Origin: Stramenopiles sp. TOSAG23-2
Taxonomy: Eukaryota
NCBI GenBank assembly: GCA_900128395.1
Contig: LT649354.1
Coordinates: 1-33,996 of the forward strand
DNA: 33,996 nucleotides
Direction of reading: 5' to 3'
Every line of letters begins with the position of its first letter. Positions within the stretch are counted from its first letter, which is position 1. Both the position numbers and the translations under genes were made by a program. The notes below the pieces were generated by a model, which saw only the letters and a list, made by a program, of their open reading frames with translations, ran no database searches and was not told where the DNA came from. Below, piece after piece: positions 31,746 through 33,996 of the stretch.

Positions 31746-32101
31746 TTAATCGTCGATACTAACCTCGTTTGGAATTATATATTAAATTTTGTTTTCATAA
31801 ATTCTCTTGTTTCTAATTTCTTTTTCGTAGTTTTTTTCTTTTTGAATGACCCCCCCCCCCCTTTTTTATCAACTTTATTGACACGGATTGAGATAGATAA
31901 AAAAGACTACTAATTTAAGTATAAATTAATTTTAGAAAAAAGTTATAAATTTTATAGCTAAATAGGTGTATTGTTTAGAAGGTTTTACAGGAAATTTTTG
32001 AAAATTTTCTAGTTTGTAAAAAATGGAATTTTTGAACATAGCCTTTTAAATTTATAAAAATTTGACGGTTTCATCTTTGATAAATCATTTGTTGATCCAA
32101 G

Positions 32102-32355
32102 TACAAATGTTCCTATATAATTTTGATGTCTCGTAGCCCTACCTCTGTCCATACTAATTCAGAAATGGAGTCAAAAATTAATAGGTCACAAAAAATAATT
32201 GCAGAAAACAATACTATTTCTATGCTAGCTACAAATGTTCCTATATAATTTTGATGTCTCGTAGCCCTACCTCTGTCCATACTAATTCAGAAATGGAGTC
32301 AAAAATTAATAGGTCACAAAAAATAATTGCAGAAAACAATACTATTTCTATGCTA
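32102..32355. repeat. Exact 126-bp direct repeat separated by 2 nt
   Basis: 32102-32227 is identical to 32230-32355, with the spacer GC. Confidence 0.95.
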
Positions 32356-32447
32356 ATATCGTGCCGCAACAACATAGTTCTAATAGTACTATTCAATATA
32401 TTATGTAGAAAGATATATATGTACATATACATAGAAAGAAGATATAG

Positions 32448-32574
32448 AAAACAAACAAAAACAAACAAAACAAACGAAACAAAAAAAACAAAAAAAACAA
32501 ACAAAACAAAACAAACAAAACAAACAAAACAAACAAAACAAACAAATAAAACAAATAAAACAAACAAAACAAAA
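32448..32574 (+). repeat. (AAAACAAAC)n-type microsatellite
   Basis: A degenerate 9-mer array ending just before the ATG at 32577. Confidence 0.9.
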
Positions 32575-32576
32575 TT

Positions 32577-33996
32577 ATGGCAGCATTTGCAAATTTAGTA
32601 GCACAAAATGCTAGAGTAGATTTTTCTTTGAGAGAAGAAAATTGTCTAGCTGTGCTGATAAATTTGCAGATGCAAAACGTAAGGAAAAAAAAAACAAAAA
32701 AAACACTACCCCCAAAAATACAAGCTCTTATATATCTTCTAAACCTTTATTATCTTCTACTCTTCTTCTATTATTCATTAAACCCAATAACTAACAATAA
32801 TAACAATGTTCCATATTCAGCATACACAGTATTATCGGATGAAGGAAGTGGTGGCGGATTTACAAGTGTACAAAATCGTAAATTTCACATCTTATCGTCA
32901 CTTACAATAAAGGTAAATATGGAAGTGAAACAAAATTCAACTGTTGTTGTTCCACATAATATAGCAATTGATGGTGTTACGGTTGTGCTGCGAGATCGAA
33001 TGCAAAACGTCGATAAAATGGAAGTCAAGCCAAATGGTGTATTGGATATTTATCCACTGTCTGACACTGATTCATATACTTTTACTGAATTCAAAGTAAA
33101 CGATGGTGGTCATGTGTATTTAAGAGAACGAGACTCGACAAAGTATTTCATCAAGACGAGCAAATTTCAAATCGGCTATTCTGATCCACTCGTATATAAT
33201 TCAGTCAATGTTGCTAAATTTGAGGTTTTTGGAAAGTTTAAACTGGAAACTGATTATTTGGAGGTATGGGAAAATGGACGAATTCTTGGTGAAGGACGTG
33301 GATACAAATACATGGAAGGACCTGGATCAAGTCGTAAACATTATGAAGGAGGTTCGCATGGTGGTACTGGAGGTGGAATGAACCACACTATGTCAGAGAG
33401 GCGTGGTACTAGTTTGTTAGGATATGGAAATTTCAAATACCCGATTACAATGGGCAGTGGTGGTTACGTACAGGGGCAACTTTCGGCTGCCAACCAAAAT
33501 CTACAATATAGTAATGGTGGTGCTGCAATACATTTGAATGTTGCGCATAAAGCGTATATTGAAGGCATAATCAATGTCCAGGGTCAGCGAAGTTACTCTA
33601 CCAGCGCACATTACGATGCTGGTGGTGCAGGTGGATCAGTTTTAATTAATACAACTTCACTTGTTGGTAATGGTATGATCAAAGCAAATGGTGGTGGTCA
33701 TACATCACAACGCAGAAGTGGTGGTGGAGGTGGTCGAATTGCTGTACATTGTTCGAACCAAAACAGTTGGAAAGGTAATGGAAAATGTGGTAAAAGGATA
33801 AACATATGCATTCCTAATTTTAAAGACGTGACGCTGGGGTTACTGGATGAATTTAATACTACTGGCACAACCAAACAAGTAACATATGGCAAGAGTGCGT
33901 TAAGAAATATTGATCGTATTGCAGGCTTACATACAGCATCCATTGATACCATTATTAACAACACCAGTAATGTAAATGGCATTCAATTTCGATCGT
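32577..33996 (+). CDS. Partial large secreted or membrane-anchored protein with a Gly-rich repeat module; runs off the right edge
   Basis: The frame is open from ATG 32577 (or ATG 32670) to the edge and is not in the ORF track. It has a basic stretch plus a hydrophobic segment (KKKTKK...ALIYLLNLYYLLLFFYY), then GEGRGY...GPG...GGSHGGTGG...YGNFKYPITMGSGG...GGAGGSVLI...GNGMIKANGG...GGGGGRIAV, a module seen in giant eukaryotic surface proteins. Confidence 0.85.
   Translation, partial: MAAFANLVAQNARVDFSLREENCLAVLINLQMQNVRKKKTKKTLPPKIQALIYLLNLYYLLLFFYYSLNPITNNNNNVPYSAYTVLSDEGSGGGFTSVQNRKFHILSSLTIKVNMEVKQNSTVVVPHNIAIDGVTVVLRDRMQNVDKMEVKPNGVLDIYPLSDTDSYTFTEFKVNDGGHVYLRERDSTKYFIKTSKFQIGYSDPLVYNSVNVAKFEVFGKFKLETDYLEVWENGRILGEGRGYKYMEGPGSSRKHYEGGSHGGTGGGMNHTMSERRGTSLLGYGNFKYPITMGSGGYVQGQLSAANQNLQYSNGGAAIHLNVAHKAYIEGIINVQGQRSYSTSAHYDAGGAGGSVLINTTSLVGNGMIKANGGGHTSQRRSGGGGGRIAVHCSNQNSWKGNGKCGKRINICIPNFKDVTLGLLDEFNTTGTTKQVTYGKSALRNIDRIAGLHTASIDTIINNTSNVNGIQFRS
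32583..32673 (+). other. ~91-nt long stem-loop overlapping the 5' end of the last gene
   Basis: 32583-32605 pairs with 32651-32673 (20 Watson-Crick pairs, 2 G-U, 1 mismatch). GCTAGA/TCTAGC and a T-rich/A-rich inner stem follow. Confidence 0.75.

Noticed and set aside
32241-32598. ORFs with KQT/FVC repeats
   Set aside because: They are translations of the AAAACAAAC microsatellite and the duplicated segment.

Overview
AT-rich, gene-dense, intron-poor eukaryotic nuclear DNA read with the standard genetic code. It has poly-Asn/acidic tracts and (AC)n/(AT)n microsatellites. The MAK kinase and DNAAF1 sequences point to a flagellated protist, probably a stramenopile (inference from recalled similarity to oomycete MAK). 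There are about 17 protein-coding loci: a partial SRA1/Sec31-C-like protein, a Dullard/Nem1-like phosphatase (one intron), a coiled-coil protein, an unusual (IQ-WW)x2-SAM-FKBP protein, a PX protein, ABCF3/GCN20, a broken LRR-like locus, a multipass membrane protein, ATG3, an RNI-type LRR protein, MAK/ICK, DNAAF1, a HAUS7/AUG7-like augmin subunit, a beta-propeller-like hypothetical protein, ACOT9, a low-complexity basic protein and a partial Gly-rich surface protein. The main non-coding signals are: two tiny TA-flanked, inverted-repeat-bounded inserts carrying CAG|GTA donors (introner-like) in the LRR-like locus; hairpin-bounded interruptions at the 5' end of the first gene; a ~90-nt near-fully paired hairpin over a start codon; a perfect 28-bp GC-rich palindrome; two MITE-like regions; recurrent intergenic motifs; and five exact 85-126 bp duplications that may be assembly joins. 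All family calls come from motif recognition by eye, and no searches were run.
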